A DNA stretch of 64,000 bases from an uncultured Porphyromonadaceae bacterium. GTDB lineage: Bacteria > Bacteroidota > Bacteroidia > Bacteroidales > Muribaculaceae. The stretch lies in the NCBI GenBank assembly GCA_902491625.1, contig CABUIO010000009.1:1412-65411 (forward strand), written 5' to 3'. Numbering within the stretch: position 1 is the first letter of the stretch; each line of letters begins with the position of its first letter. Positions 30,564 through 40,128 of the stretch are shown here, in pieces. The translations under genes and the position numbers were made by a program. The notes beneath the pieces were generated by a model that saw nothing but the letters and a program-made list of their open reading frames with translations, was not told the origin of the DNA and ran no database searches.

Positions 30564-31154
30564 TCACCCTTTGTTTGCTTCCGGATCGGCGGAAATCTCA
30601 AGGAGCGAGATCTTACGCGCCTCAATCAGCTGCATCCGGTGGTGTAGCTCGTCGGGCGAGGGAGTCGAGAAAACCGCCGGAGAGAGTTCCATCACAAGCT
30701 CCACCGGATTGCCGTCCCCCTCGTGGCTCAGCCGCAGCAACGCGCCGCTCTCCGTGACACCAAGCACGGCGTTATACCACACGCTCACCATCATCAGCCA
30801 CTTGAAAACACCGAAAATCAGTCCTCCGACCGTATCCAAAGGCTTCACGGCCAGAGGCTTCAGCAACTTTCTGAGAGGAATGCCGCACACCAGAAACAGC
30901 ACATAGAAGCCCATATAGATTATCAATGCCCCGACCGACGCGACCGGATATTCCGGACACGCCACCTCCGGGAAATGGCAGAGCCAATCTTCAACCGTAG
31001 GTGCGAACTCCGGAAGGAGGAAACGCACTCCCGCTATGCCGAACGCCACACCTAAGACAGAGCCGATCTGCGACATAAGGCCGCTGCGCCACCCTGCCAG
31101 AGCACCCCAGAGCGCCAGACAGAGCAGAATGATAATATAACCGGCAGAACCCAT
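30564..31154 (-). CDS. CvpA (colicin V production) family membrane protein
   Basis: GALAGWRSGL N-terminus, four TM segments, LDTVGGLIFG motif. Confidence 0.75.
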   Translation of the reverse strand: MGSAGYIIILLCLALWGALAGWRSGLMSQIGSVLGVAFGIAGVRFLLPEFAPTVEDWLCHFPEVACPEYPVASVGALIIYMGFYVLFLVCGIPLRKLLKPLAVKPLDTVGGLIFGVFKWLMMVSVWYNAVLGVTESGALLRLSHEGDGNPVELVMELSPAVFSTPSPDELHHRMQLIEARKISLLEISADPEANKG

Positions 31155-31206
31155 ATGTACCCGCAAAGTTACAAAAAACTTCGCTTATCTCGTCAGCAAT
31201 GGTTCG

Positions 31207-32301
31207 CTATTGTTCGAAAGATTGGAGGAGGCGGCGGGCGGCAGCGGCGGAGCTGAGGGTGAGGGCGGCGGCGCGGCAGCGGGCGGCGTAGCGCGATGCG
31301 TCGTCGATGAGGGCGGCGAGGTCGGCGGCGTCCCAGCCGTCGCGGGCGATGCCGAGACCTTCGCTCTCGATCCACGGCGCGGTAAGCGGCACGCGGTTGG
31401 TGACTACGGGCGTGCCGGCGGCCACAGATTCCACAATGGAGATTACGTTGAGGTCGGCCTTTGTGTCAACAAGAAATGCAAGCGATTGTGCAACGAGGCG
31501 TCCAAGCTCCTCGCGAGGCAGGAAGCCTTTGAAATCGACGTGGGAGGTGATCCCGAGTTCTGAGGCGAGTCGCTCAAGGCTTTCGCGTTCCACTCCGTCG
31601 CCGCAGACGATCAGCCGTATATCCTCATATCCCGCCATGGCGTGCAGTGAAGCGAACTTGCGCAATATCGACCCGACGTTCTTGCGCGGTATGAGCTGCG
31701 ACGAGGTTATCAGCGTGCGTTCCTTCCTTTCGCAAGGCCGGAACTTGCGGTCGTCTATACCGTGTTCAATCGTTTCCTCCGCGACATCCGGAAGATAATG
31801 GCGCAGGAAATCGCGTGCCGCAGGCGAGCATCCCACGGCCTTGACGCCGCGCATAAAGGGTCTCGCCACGAGGGAGTGCCAGATGCGCGAAGGCAGCCGG
31901 TGAAATTTGCGCTGGTGAGCGGCGAGTTCCTGCCACAGGATTGTCTTGCGGGGAAAGAGGCGCGCTGCGGTGAGCGAGGCGAGCGAGAAACATTCCTTTG
32001 TTATGATAACATCGAACTCGGCGCCGTGACGGCGGAGCCAACCTCTGAGCGAGGGCATCCAGGGGAGCAGCGAGGGATTGAAGACGCGCTGCGCCTTTGT
32101 GGGGAGGAAGACCACCGGAAACTCATACTTCTCCTGACGTTCGGGGCGGAAATCCTCGGCGGCGATAAGCGTGGGCTTGTGTCCCTCGCTGATGAATCCC
32201 AGCGCCATGCCGTAGATCATGGTGTCCTTGATCGAGGCAAGACGTTGCAGTCCTGTCGCCGTCGGCGTGGCAAGTATCGGATTTATGATCAGGACGTTCA
32301 T
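31207..32301 (-). CDS. Glycosyltransferase family 4
   Basis: GT-B motifs RKNV, GDGVER and ESVAAGTPVV. Confidence 0.85.
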   Translation of the reverse strand: MNVLIINPILATPTATGLQRLASIKDTMIYGMALGFISEGHKPTLIAAEDFRPERQEKYEFPVVFLPTKAQRVFNPSLLPWMPSLRGWLRRHGAEFDVIITKECFSLASLTAARLFPRKTILWQELAAHQRKFHRLPSRIWHSLVARPFMRGVKAVGCSPAARDFLRHYLPDVAEETIEHGIDDRKFRPCERKERTLITSSQLIPRKNVGSILRKFASLHAMAGYEDIRLIVCGDGVERESLERLASELGITSHVDFKGFLPREELGRLVAQSLAFLVDTKADLNVISIVESVAAGTPVVTNRVPLTAPWIESEGLGIARDGWDAADLAALIDDASRYAARCRAAALTLSSAAAARRLLQSFEQ

Positions 32302-33356
32302 AGCTGCGGACGTAGGAAATGGGAAAAGAGTGCCTTGACGCGTACCATTGTCTCAAGCAAGAGGAAATGCCTTCCGAGAAAAGCCTGCAGATGGACACGA
32401 TGCTTACGCGGCATTCCGGCAATGGGATATTCCGAGGCGATACGACAGAAATAAGGATCGGCAGCCTGAGCCTTCAGCCATTTTCGCGTCTCTTTGCGAG
32501 ACATCGGCGAGAGGATGATGTTCTTGATGTGGGCGCGCATGGTGTTGACCGTGTAGCCCATGGCGTAAAGTCGCGATTCAGGCGGGAAACCGTCAGCGGC
32601 GAAACGTTTTTCAAGATATTCGGAATAGGCGATGGCGCGTTGGAGACAGTCGGTGCGCGGCGTCTTGGTGAGCGAGTTGGGATTGATGCGGTAGTGCCAG
32701 ATCGTGTCGCGGATCTTGCCGATCCGCCGGGCGACAAGGGAGGCTTCATAGTTGAAGATGAAGTCCTCGCTGACGAGTTCGCGCTCGCTGACGAAGCGTA
32801 TGCCGTGGCGGAAGAAGATGTCGCGGTGGTAGAGGGCGCCCCATGCCGAGCCTTCAAGATTGAGTGCATTGTCGACGGCTCCGCGAGGCTGCGAGAAATA
32901 GCAGAGAGCTATCCTTCGCAATGTTTCGGCGCCCTCGTGGATCTCCAGTGAAGAGTCTGCCACGGTATGCGAGAATTTCTCCTCGACAGTGAATTCGTTG
33001 CGTGCGGCGCGGACGATGTCGAGGTTGTTGTCCTTGGCGAGAGAATAGAGTCTTTCCAACGCTCCGAGGTCGAGATAGTCGTCGGAGTCGAGGAAAGCGA
33101 GGTATTCACCTGCGGCGATCTCGACGCCGGAATTGCGGGCATAGCCGAGTCCGGCATTGGCCTTGTGTATCACCCTGACGCGAGGGTCGCGGGCTGCATA
33201 TTCATCGCAGATGGCCGGCGATCCGTCGGGCGATCCGTCGTCCACAATGATGACCTCGATGTCGCGGAGAGTCTGCGCGAGCACCGAGTCGAGACATTTC
33301 CTGAGATAAGCCTCGACATTGTAGACCGGAACTATGACACTTACGAGGGGCGGCAT
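32298..33356 (-). CDS. Glycosyltransferase family 2
   Basis: VSVIVPVYN, VDDGSPD, ARNSG, FLDSDD and SEDFIF motifs. Confidence 0.93.
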   Translation of the reverse strand: MPPLVSVIVPVYNVEAYLRKCLDSVLAQTLRDIEVIIVDDGSPDGSPAICDEYAARDPRVRVIHKANAGLGYARNSGVEIAAGEYLAFLDSDDYLDLGALERLYSLAKDNNLDIVRAARNEFTVEEKFSHTVADSSLEIHEGAETLRRIALCYFSQPRGAVDNALNLEGSAWGALYHRDIFFRHGIRFVSERELVSEDFIFNYEASLVARRIGKIRDTIWHYRINPNSLTKTPRTDCLQRAIAYSEYLEKRFAADGFPPESRLYAMGYTVNTMRAHIKNIILSPMSRKETRKWLKAQAADPYFCRIASEYPIAGMPRKHRVHLQAFLGRHFLLLETMVRVKALFSHFLRPQL

Positions 33357-34744
33357 ACAAGTTGTTTCTTAATTTGGGCAGTGCGCGGCGGGAAGAAGAT
33401 ATAAGGCTTCTCGAACGCCGGGAGTTCCTTCCATCGCGAGGAGATGAAGCATTGCGTGAGCGCGATTATGACATACGGCAGGGAATCGAAACCGACCGTG
33501 TACATGATCATCAGCAGCATGTTGCCGCCGAGCCATAGCTGCATCCGCTTGTTGCGGTTGCCGCGTCCTGCATGTTTGAAAAAGCGGAAAACAACCACCC
33601 AATAGAGAATGAGCAGTGTCGCGCCGAGATAGCCGAGCTCCACGACGATATCGAACATCTCGGTCTGGGTGCCGCGCAGGAACCATTCGTAGCGTTTTGC
33701 GAACTTGGTCTTTTCAGTGAAGTTGCCCCCCTTGAACTGGCCGACGCCGTAGCCCCAGAGCTCATTGTTCTTCTCTCCTCGCTCAAGCAGAGTAGGAAGC
33801 AGCGCGAACTTGATGCCTCGGGCATAGTCGCTCTCCCAGACATTGTCGGTGTCGACATCATCGGAATCCATAAGATCGAAGGCGAAGTCAATCATGTTGT
33901 CGCCCATGACATAGTTGGCGAAGAAATCGGCCTTGAGCACTTCCCCCTTGCGGTCGACGTAGGAGAGATACCACCACGAGGCGCCTCCGACAGCCGCGAT
34001 AAGCATCGGTATGACGACAAGCAGCGTGCGCGGCAGGTTGCGGTCGAACGGAATCAGCATCACGAAATACAACGGCAGGAAGATGAAGGAGATCTTCGTC
34101 TCGTTGAGAAAGGAGGGAAAGAGCAGCGCAACAAGCACCCAGTTGTCGAGAAGATTGCCCACGTAGCCACGCTCCGGACGCCAGGCACGCACCATGAGAT
34201 AGAAGCTGATCAGATAGATCAGCTGCGAGATAATGCCGGAACAGTACCATCCCAGCGAACCTCCGCCATAGTCGCCCATGCCCCATACAATAGCCTGAAA
34301 ACAAAGGCACGGGAACTGAATCCAGAGGAAAATGTAGATGTTGCGGTCGAAAACGCGTATGAAACGTTTCCGGCGTTCGGGATCCACCCAGAGCCAGCGC
34401 ACGATCGGCAGAAAAAAGATGTACGGCAGATATCGCCGCAGTCCGTTGAGCCAGACAAGAGTGGATTCTCCATTGTTAATGCAGGTGCTGTAGTAGGTGA
34501 CAGCCACCGTGACGGCAATGATGGCTATGTCCGTACGGCTGCGGAGCGTCCAGAGTCCGAGAACCACAACGATCATCTGACATGCGCCGTTCACAAGCAG
34601 ACGCTGCGTCTCACATTTGTCGTGGACAGCTTCCTGCATGAGGAATGACACCGTTCCTGTCAGCCATAGGACCGACATGAGCGTCACAATCACGATTGTG
34701 CTTTTGCGCGTTTTTAAGTCAGAAAAGGTGGGTAGGTCAGGCAT
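33341..34744 (-). CDS. Polytopic membrane protein, probable Wzy polymerase / O-antigen ligase family
   Basis: About 10-11 TM helices, large periplasmic loop with WGYGVG and ELGYLG; located in the polysaccharide operon. Confidence 0.6.
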   Translation of the reverse strand: MPDLPTFSDLKTRKSTIVIVTLMSVLWLTGTVSFLMQEAVHDKCETQRLLVNGACQMIVVVLGLWTLRSRTDIAIIAVTVAVTYYSTCINNGESTLVWLNGLRRYLPYIFFLPIVRWLWVDPERRKRFIRVFDRNIYIFLWIQFPCLCFQAIVWGMGDYGGGSLGWYCSGIISQLIYLISFYLMVRAWRPERGYVGNLLDNWVLVALLFPSFLNETKISFIFLPLYFVMLIPFDRNLPRTLLVVIPMLIAAVGGASWWYLSYVDRKGEVLKADFFANYVMGDNMIDFAFDLMDSDDVDTDNVWESDYARGIKFALLPTLLERGEKNNELWGYGVGQFKGGNFTEKTKFAKRYEWFLRGTQTEMFDIVVELGYLGATLLILYWVVVFRFFKHAGRGNRNKRMQLWLGGNMLLMIMYTVGFDSLPYVIIALTQCFISSRWKELPAFEKPYIFFPPRTAQIKKQLVCRPS

Positions 34745-36410
34745 TCTCTTTCTTGCGGGGACGGCAGAGTAATTTCACAAACACGAGCGGAAGGACAATG
34801 CCCATGAAAACCGCCACGCCATAGACGAGCATCGGCTTGGGGCTGACAGGCTCGGGATCGGCGTATGCCGGATCGATCACCTCGATGATAGGCTCGACCT
34901 GCTGCACTGCGATCTCGGCCTCCTCGCGTTTCTGGAGCAGGAAGGCGTAGATGGCGTTCTTCACCTCGCGGTCACGGTATAGCTGTGTCAGATGCTTCTC
35001 AATCGAGGGAATCTCGGTCATGCGGCTGTTGGAGATTCCGTTCTCACCTTCGACAGTAGAAAGCTCGATCTTTTTGGCCTGTATTTCGCGTGTGAGCGTG
35101 GTGAGGATATTCTCGCGCAGGGCGGTGAGCTGTTCGTTGATACGTTCAAGCTGAGCGCTCTGCCCTTTGAGTCCTGACGTCAGCTCCATGCGTTTCAGTA
35201 TAAGGTCGTTGTAGGCGCCGACGGCGGAGGTGAGACCGTTGTCAGCACCTTGTCCGGGCGCGGAGGCGTAAGGGAGAAGACTGTAGCGTTTGTCGGGACT
35301 GCTGAGCATGTCGCGGAGCATCTGGAAGATCTCAAGCTCCGTGCGCGTCTGTGTGGACGCCGTCTCGATGGCGCCCTTTCGGGCGAAGATATATTCGGCC
35401 TCTGCCGTGGGATCGACAATCTTGTTGTCGCGCTTATACTGCTCGATCTTGTTTTCCGACTCCTCCAGCTCGCGGTAGAGGTTGAGCAGACGCTCCTCCA
35501 CGAAAGCGAGCGCCTCCTTGCGGCGTTTCAGCTTCTGGTCGTAGCGTCCCTGATTGTAGAGCGAGGTAATGGTGTTGAGGGTAGCCTCGCCGCGGCGCAC
35601 GTCGGCGGAAGTGATGTCCTGATAGATGGCGTTACCCTTCTTGTCGACCTCGTCGATGGATAGGCAGGAACGCAGATCGTAGACGGTCAGCGACGTGCCG
35701 GAGATCATGGAGTGGAACTCCAGATCCTCGGAGGGCTTGAAAAATTTTGTCGTGTCAATAACGAATGTGGCTGCCGGAGTGCGGACCGTGTAGGGGAAAG
35801 CCTTGATTTCGGTGTCAAGCACCTTGTCGCCTTTCTGCTTCACCTTTATCTTTGTCGGCTCTCCCGGCTTGTAGTCAAGTTCGAAAACCGTGACGACGCT
35901 GATAGAGTCGAGCACCTCCTGCGGCACACGGATGGCAAAGGGAGAATCGCCGTAGTACCATGCCTTGGGTTTGAAGAATCCCTGGTTCTCCCAGCTTATC
36001 TCGTTGAGATGGCAGACGCCGACGACCTCGCTGAGGAGCTGCTCGGAGCGCAGTCGGGTCATCTCGTCGTAGATGTTGGAGGAGGATCCCGACGAACCGC
36101 CGCCGAAACCGAACTGAGAGGCTATGGCCGACAGAGACGAAAGGGAGCCGGACTCCTCTTCGTTCTGATTAAGCATGATGATTGACTTGATCAGATACTG
36201 CGGACTCTTCTTGTGCATATAGAACACACCGAATCCGACGCACACGACCATCGAGATGACGAACCAATACCAATGGTGCAGATAGTTTGAAATTATATTG
36301 CCGACGTCGATGGTGTCGGATGGCTGCTCGACGATTTCGGTGTTCACCTCGGTGACTACCGCGGGTTCTGACTTTTCTGGAGAGAGGTTATCGTTGGGAT
36401 TGCTGTTCAT
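34737..36410 (-). CDS. Polysaccharide co-polymerase (Wzz/GumC-like, Wzc N-terminal part without kinase)
   Basis: HWYWF TM1, coiled-coil periplasmic region, FLLQKREE and IDPA..PVSP TM2; ends without a Walker A domain. Confidence 0.8.
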   Translation of the reverse strand: MNSNPNDNLSPEKSEPAVVTEVNTEIVEQPSDTIDVGNIISNYLHHWYWFVISMVVCVGFGVFYMHKKSPQYLIKSIIMLNQNEEESGSLSSLSAIASQFGFGGGSSGSSSNIYDEMTRLRSEQLLSEVVGVCHLNEISWENQGFFKPKAWYYGDSPFAIRVPQEVLDSISVVTVFELDYKPGEPTKIKVKQKGDKVLDTEIKAFPYTVRTPAATFVIDTTKFFKPSEDLEFHSMISGTSLTVYDLRSCLSIDEVDKKGNAIYQDITSADVRRGEATLNTITSLYNQGRYDQKLKRRKEALAFVEERLLNLYRELEESENKIEQYKRDNKIVDPTAEAEYIFARKGAIETASTQTRTELEIFQMLRDMLSSPDKRYSLLPYASAPGQGADNGLTSAVGAYNDLILKRMELTSGLKGQSAQLERINEQLTALRENILTTLTREIQAKKIELSTVEGENGISNSRMTEIPSIEKHLTQLYRDREVKNAIYAFLLQKREEAEIAVQQVEPIIEVIDPAYADPEPVSPKPMLVYGVAVFMGIVLPLVFVKLLCRPRKKENA

Positions 36411-36479
36411 TGCAGTCGGATTGGAAGTTCGTTTTTGAAGTAGAAACTTACGGATTCGCAAATATGCCGTCAGCGGCGA

Positions 36480-37286
36480 TTATTTCACAGTCAGGGCGAT
36501 CACAAGCGAGGCGATCACGGACACGCCGCTGATGATGGCCGAGATGACCTGCAGTTTGTAGCCGTTGCTCTGATTGTATTCGGCCATCCCCTTGCGCGAC
36601 TCGGTCGGCTCGACGTAGATGGCATCGTTCTGCTTGAGATAATAATAAGGTGAATTGAAGAGATTGGCGTCCTCAAGATTGACGATGTTATATGTGATCT
36701 TGCCGTCTTCCTCGCGGATGAGGGTGACACGGTCGCGGCGGCCGTACATGGTAAGGTCCTCGGCCGAAGCCAATGCGTCGAGGATCGTGAAGCGCTGTGA
36801 AGTGGCCGGATAGACACCGGGCTTCTGCACCTCGCCCATCACATTGACCTTGAAGTTGATAAGCTCCACCCTGACGATCGGCCCCTCGATTTCGGCGCTG
36901 ATGCGGCGTGTCAGCTCCTCGGCGAGCTGAACAGTGGTGAGCCCCTGGACATGCAGCTTGCCCAGCACCGGGAAATTGATGTCGCCGTCCTTGTTGACGA
37001 TGTATGTCTGGATGGTTCCCTGACCGGGCTGCAAGGTGAGATCCTCCTTGGGGACGACAGGCACAAGAGGCAGATTGAAAGGAGCGGCTGCGGCCGGCAC
37101 GTCGCTTGTCACTGTGATAACAAGTTCGTCCTGCGGCTCTATCTTTATTTGCCAGTCCAGCGAGCCGACGGCGGCGCTCTGGACCGCAGGCCGGTTATCC
37201 TTGAAATATGTCAGGTTCTGCTTGGGTGTGCAGGCGCTCAGAAGCACCAGCGCACACATGGCGGCTATTAAGGAATATCTCTTCAT
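36480..37286 (-). CDS. wza: Polysaccharide export lipoprotein (Wza family)
   Basis: Lipobox LSAC; DGDINFPVLG, GEVQKPG and YYLKQNDAIYVEP motifs. Confidence 0.88.
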   Translation of the reverse strand: MKRYSLIAAMCALVLLSACTPKQNLTYFKDNRPAVQSAAVGSLDWQIKIEPQDELVITVTSDVPAAAAPFNLPLVPVVPKEDLTLQPGQGTIQTYIVNKDGDINFPVLGKLHVQGLTTVQLAEELTRRISAEIEGPIVRVELINFKVNVMGEVQKPGVYPATSQRFTILDALASAEDLTMYGRRDRVTLIREEDGKITYNIVNLEDANLFNSPYYYLKQNDAIYVEPTESRKGMAEYNQSNGYKLQVISAIISGVSVIASLVIALTVK

Positions 37287-37288
37287 GT

Positions 37289-37481
37289 TAAGTAACTCTT
37301 AAAAATTAGTTCATGTTAAACAAGTTATATGACTCACTTTTCTGACACATCCTTGCTCGTCTCTTTGGCGCTTTAGCCGTTCTCGCTCAGTCATGTAGCC
37401 CGCTACACTCCTTCGCTCACCCGACTAAATCACTCAAAAATACTTCGCAACTATGTATCATCTAATTTTTGCGAGTTCTTA
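37289..37481 (-). mobile_element. ~193-bp TA-flanked palindromic MITE-like repeat, copy 1
   Basis: Reverse complement aligns end to end with 62847-63041; imperfect terminal inverted repeats TAAGTAACTC.../...GAGTTCTTA. Confidence 0.8.
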
Positions 37482-37509
37482 TTTAACAAATTTTATAAGT
37501 GCTATTGAT

Positions 37510-38280
37510 TCAACGAGGAGGCTCGGAAATTATTGTGTCCTGCCGCAGTGTCTCGGCGAGGGTATTACGCCACATGTCGGGCGAGCCGTTGAAGACGTTG
37601 AGGTCGACGTCTCCCTCTATGCCGTCGACACGTCCGTCGTGGCTATACTGCCAGAAGATCCATTCGGCGTCTATCGGATTGTCGTTGAAGGAGCAGATCC
37701 ATAGCGGATAGCCGGCGAACGCCCGGCGCAGGAACTGGTTGTAGCCGTCCTTGTTGGTATAGAACATCACCGGAAGGCCACGCAGATTCAGGTAGTCGAT
37801 CATCTCTGAAAGGTTGGCGGTGACGACTTCCGGAATGCCTTCGTAGGGATTGCCGGCGTCCTCCACGTCGATGACCACGCCGAGACGAGGCACACGGCCG
37901 TCGAGGGCGTCGCATAGATTCACGGCCTGAGCCACACCGTCCTTGTCGTAGCGGAAGAAATGGTAGGCTCCGGCCGGGAGACCGTGAGCCTCGGCGCTGT
38001 CGATGTTGGCTGTGAAGCGCTTGTCGCGGAAGTCGGTGCCCTCGCTCGCCTTGATGAAGACGAAGTCAATGCCTGATTCCTTCACCTTGCCGAAGTCTAT
38101 GACTCCGTTGTGGGCCGAGACGTCGATGCCGCGCACCGGATAGGCCGAGACGTCGACCTGCGGCCTGTAGTCGCGGCGGAACTTCCAGAGCGCCACGCCG
38201 CTATAGACAAGAGCAGCCGCCACGATGACGAAAATCGCGGCGACCAGATAGTCATGTTTTCCCGGATGGCGTATGCTCAT
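37510..38280 (-). CDS. GH25 lysozyme/muramidase, membrane anchored
   Basis: GIDVSAHNG, IKASEG, GAYHFF, IDVE, WQYS and VDLNVF motifs. Confidence 0.92.
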   Translation of the reverse strand: MSIRHPGKHDYLVAAIFVIVAAALVYSGVALWKFRRDYRPQVDVSAYPVRGIDVSAHNGVIDFGKVKESGIDFVFIKASEGTDFRDKRFTANIDSAEAHGLPAGAYHFFRYDKDGVAQAVNLCDALDGRVPRLGVVIDVEDAGNPYEGIPEVVTANLSEMIDYLNLRGLPVMFYTNKDGYNQFLRRAFAGYPLWICSFNDNPIDAEWIFWQYSHDGRVDGIEGDVDLNVFNGSPDMWRNTLAETLRQDTIISEPPR

Positions 38281-38290
38281 GTATGGTGGT

Positions 38291-38779
38291 TCAACTCTTG
38301 AAAACGAGGCATGTGGCGAAAGCCGAGATCCCCTCCTCGCGTCCGGTGAAGCCGAGACGCTCGGTAGTGGTGGCTTTCACACTGATACGGTCCTCGCCGA
38401 TACCCATGACTTCCGACAGCCGACGTGTCATGGCCTCTATGTGAGGATTGATCTTCGGACGCTCGGCACAGATGGTGATGTCGACATTGCTCGGCTCCCA
38501 GCCGCGCTCGCGCACCATGTCGCAGACGGCGGCAAGGAGACGCGTGGAGTCGGCGCCGGCATATTCCGGATCCGTATCGGGGAAATGATAGCCGATGTCG
38601 CGCAGGGCGAGCGAGCCGAGAAGCGCGTCGCAGAGGGCATGGATTGCCACATCGGCGTCGCTGTGGCCCAGAAGGCCGAGCGTATGGTCGATCTTCACTC
38701 CGCAGAGCCAAAGATCACGGTCGGGCACAAGGCGGTGTACATCGTAGCCAAGGCCGGTGCGTATATCTGGTATTGACAT
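38291..38779 (-). CDS. ispF: 2-C-methyl-D-erythritol 2,4-cyclodiphosphate synthase
   Basis: GYDVH, GHSDADV, DIGYHFPDTD and KATTTERLGFTGREEG motifs. Confidence 0.97.
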   Translation of the reverse strand: MSIPDIRTGLGYDVHRLVPDRDLWLCGVKIDHTLGLLGHSDADVAIHALCDALLGSLALRDIGYHFPDTDPEYAGADSTRLLAAVCDMVRERGWEPSNVDITICAERPKINPHIEAMTRRLSEVMGIGEDRISVKATTTERLGFTGREEGISAFATCLVFKS

Positions 38780-38788
38780 GATGATCTG

Positions 38789-40012
38789 TCATTTACGACG
38801 CTTGCCTATGAGATCACGCAAGCCGTCGAGGTCAAACGAAAGGGTGAAACGAAGTGTCTGGTCCAGAGGAGAACTCTGCGCCGTGGCCAGCATGTAGGAG
38901 GCGTCAAGACGCACCACATTGAGCGAGAAACCGGCGCCGAGGCCGAAGTAGCTGCGTCCTCCCTTGTTCTGGTTCTCGTAGTAGTAGCCGAGGCGGGCGA
39001 AGAACTGCTGGTTGTAAGCATACTCTGCACCTATCGACCAGTTGATCTCCTGCAGCTCCTCCTTGAAGCCGCCGGGAGCGTCGCTGAAACTCTTGAAAAT
39101 ACCCGTGATAGGCGACATGTTCTCCCAGTTGTCAAGAGCCTTCTCATATTCCTCCTGACCTTCAAGGGTGTCCGTGTCGTAGTCCTGGGAACGCGGCTTC
39201 GTCGGCACGAGCAGCTTGTTCATGTCGACACCGAGAGCTATGGTCTGATAGTCAGCGAGAGGGAACATGAAGTTTGCGCCCAGACGCAGATTCGTGGGCA
39301 GGAAGGCGTTGTTGGTGCCATGGTTGTAGCTGACTTTCGTACCGATATTGCTTATGTCGAAGCCCCATGCGAACTGGCACTCGTTGCGCCCAATCATCGG
39401 GTAAGTCACGAAATAACCGGAGATGTCGGCAGCGAAGGCTGAGGCAGCGGTCATCTGCTCGCCGCTGTAGACGTCGCTGTAGGCGAGGTCGGAAAGGATG
39501 TAGCGCAGAGCCACGCCCATGGAGAATTTCTCCGAAAGTTTGCGCGAATAGCCGACGTCGAAGGCAAGCTCATAGGGATTGATGGTCTGGAGCACCGCGC
39601 CCCCCTCCTCGTTGCTCGTCACCTCGCCGAGCGAGAAATAGCGGAACGAGGCCGAAATCGCCTGATTGTCGCCCGAGCCGGGCTTCCAGTAACCCGACAG
39701 ATCGGCGAGGAAGATGTCGTTGACAAGTTTGCGCAACCACGGCGTGTAGCTGATGCCGAGGCCTCCGGCGCTGTAGGCGAAAGCATACTTAGATGGATTC
39801 CAGAACTGAGAATTGATGTCGGGATCCGTGGCGGCACCAAGCTGACCCATACCTGTGCTTCGCGCGTCGGGAGCGATGCCGAGGGTCGTAACGCCTGTAT
39901 TGACAGGGTTGAACTCGTTGTCCTTGATGTCGTTTTCAGCCGACGCGGAAGCCACACCGCCAAGCAGCAAGGCGGCCATTGCGGCGGCTTTAGTATGTCT
40001 GATAAATGTCAT
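38789..40012 (-). CDS. porV: T9SS outer-membrane shuttle PorV
   Basis: IAPDARSTGMG, WNPSKYAF, SYTPWL, LPTNLRLG and SPLDQTLRFTLSF motifs; adjacent to ispF. Confidence 0.92.
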   Translation of the reverse strand: MTFIRHTKAAAMAALLLGGVASASAENDIKDNEFNPVNTGVTTLGIAPDARSTGMGQLGAATDPDINSQFWNPSKYAFAYSAGGLGISYTPWLRKLVNDIFLADLSGYWKPGSGDNQAISASFRYFSLGEVTSNEEGGAVLQTINPYELAFDVGYSRKLSEKFSMGVALRYILSDLAYSDVYSGEQMTAASAFAADISGYFVTYPMIGRNECQFAWGFDISNIGTKVSYNHGTNNAFLPTNLRLGANFMFPLADYQTIALGVDMNKLLVPTKPRSQDYDTDTLEGQEEYEKALDNWENMSPITGIFKSFSDAPGGFKEELQEINWSIGAEYAYNQQFFARLGYYYENQNKGGRSYFGLGAGFSLNVVRLDASYMLATAQSSPLDQTLRFTLSFDLDGLRDLIGKRRK

Positions 40013-40128
40013 GCTTGTCTTTTGTGAGAATGTTTCTATTAATAAACTCAAAAACGCCGACATTATTGCCGACCCTTGCCGGAAGTGCGAAAAACCCGTA
40101 ACTTTGCAAAAGAATAAGCGAGTGAAAA

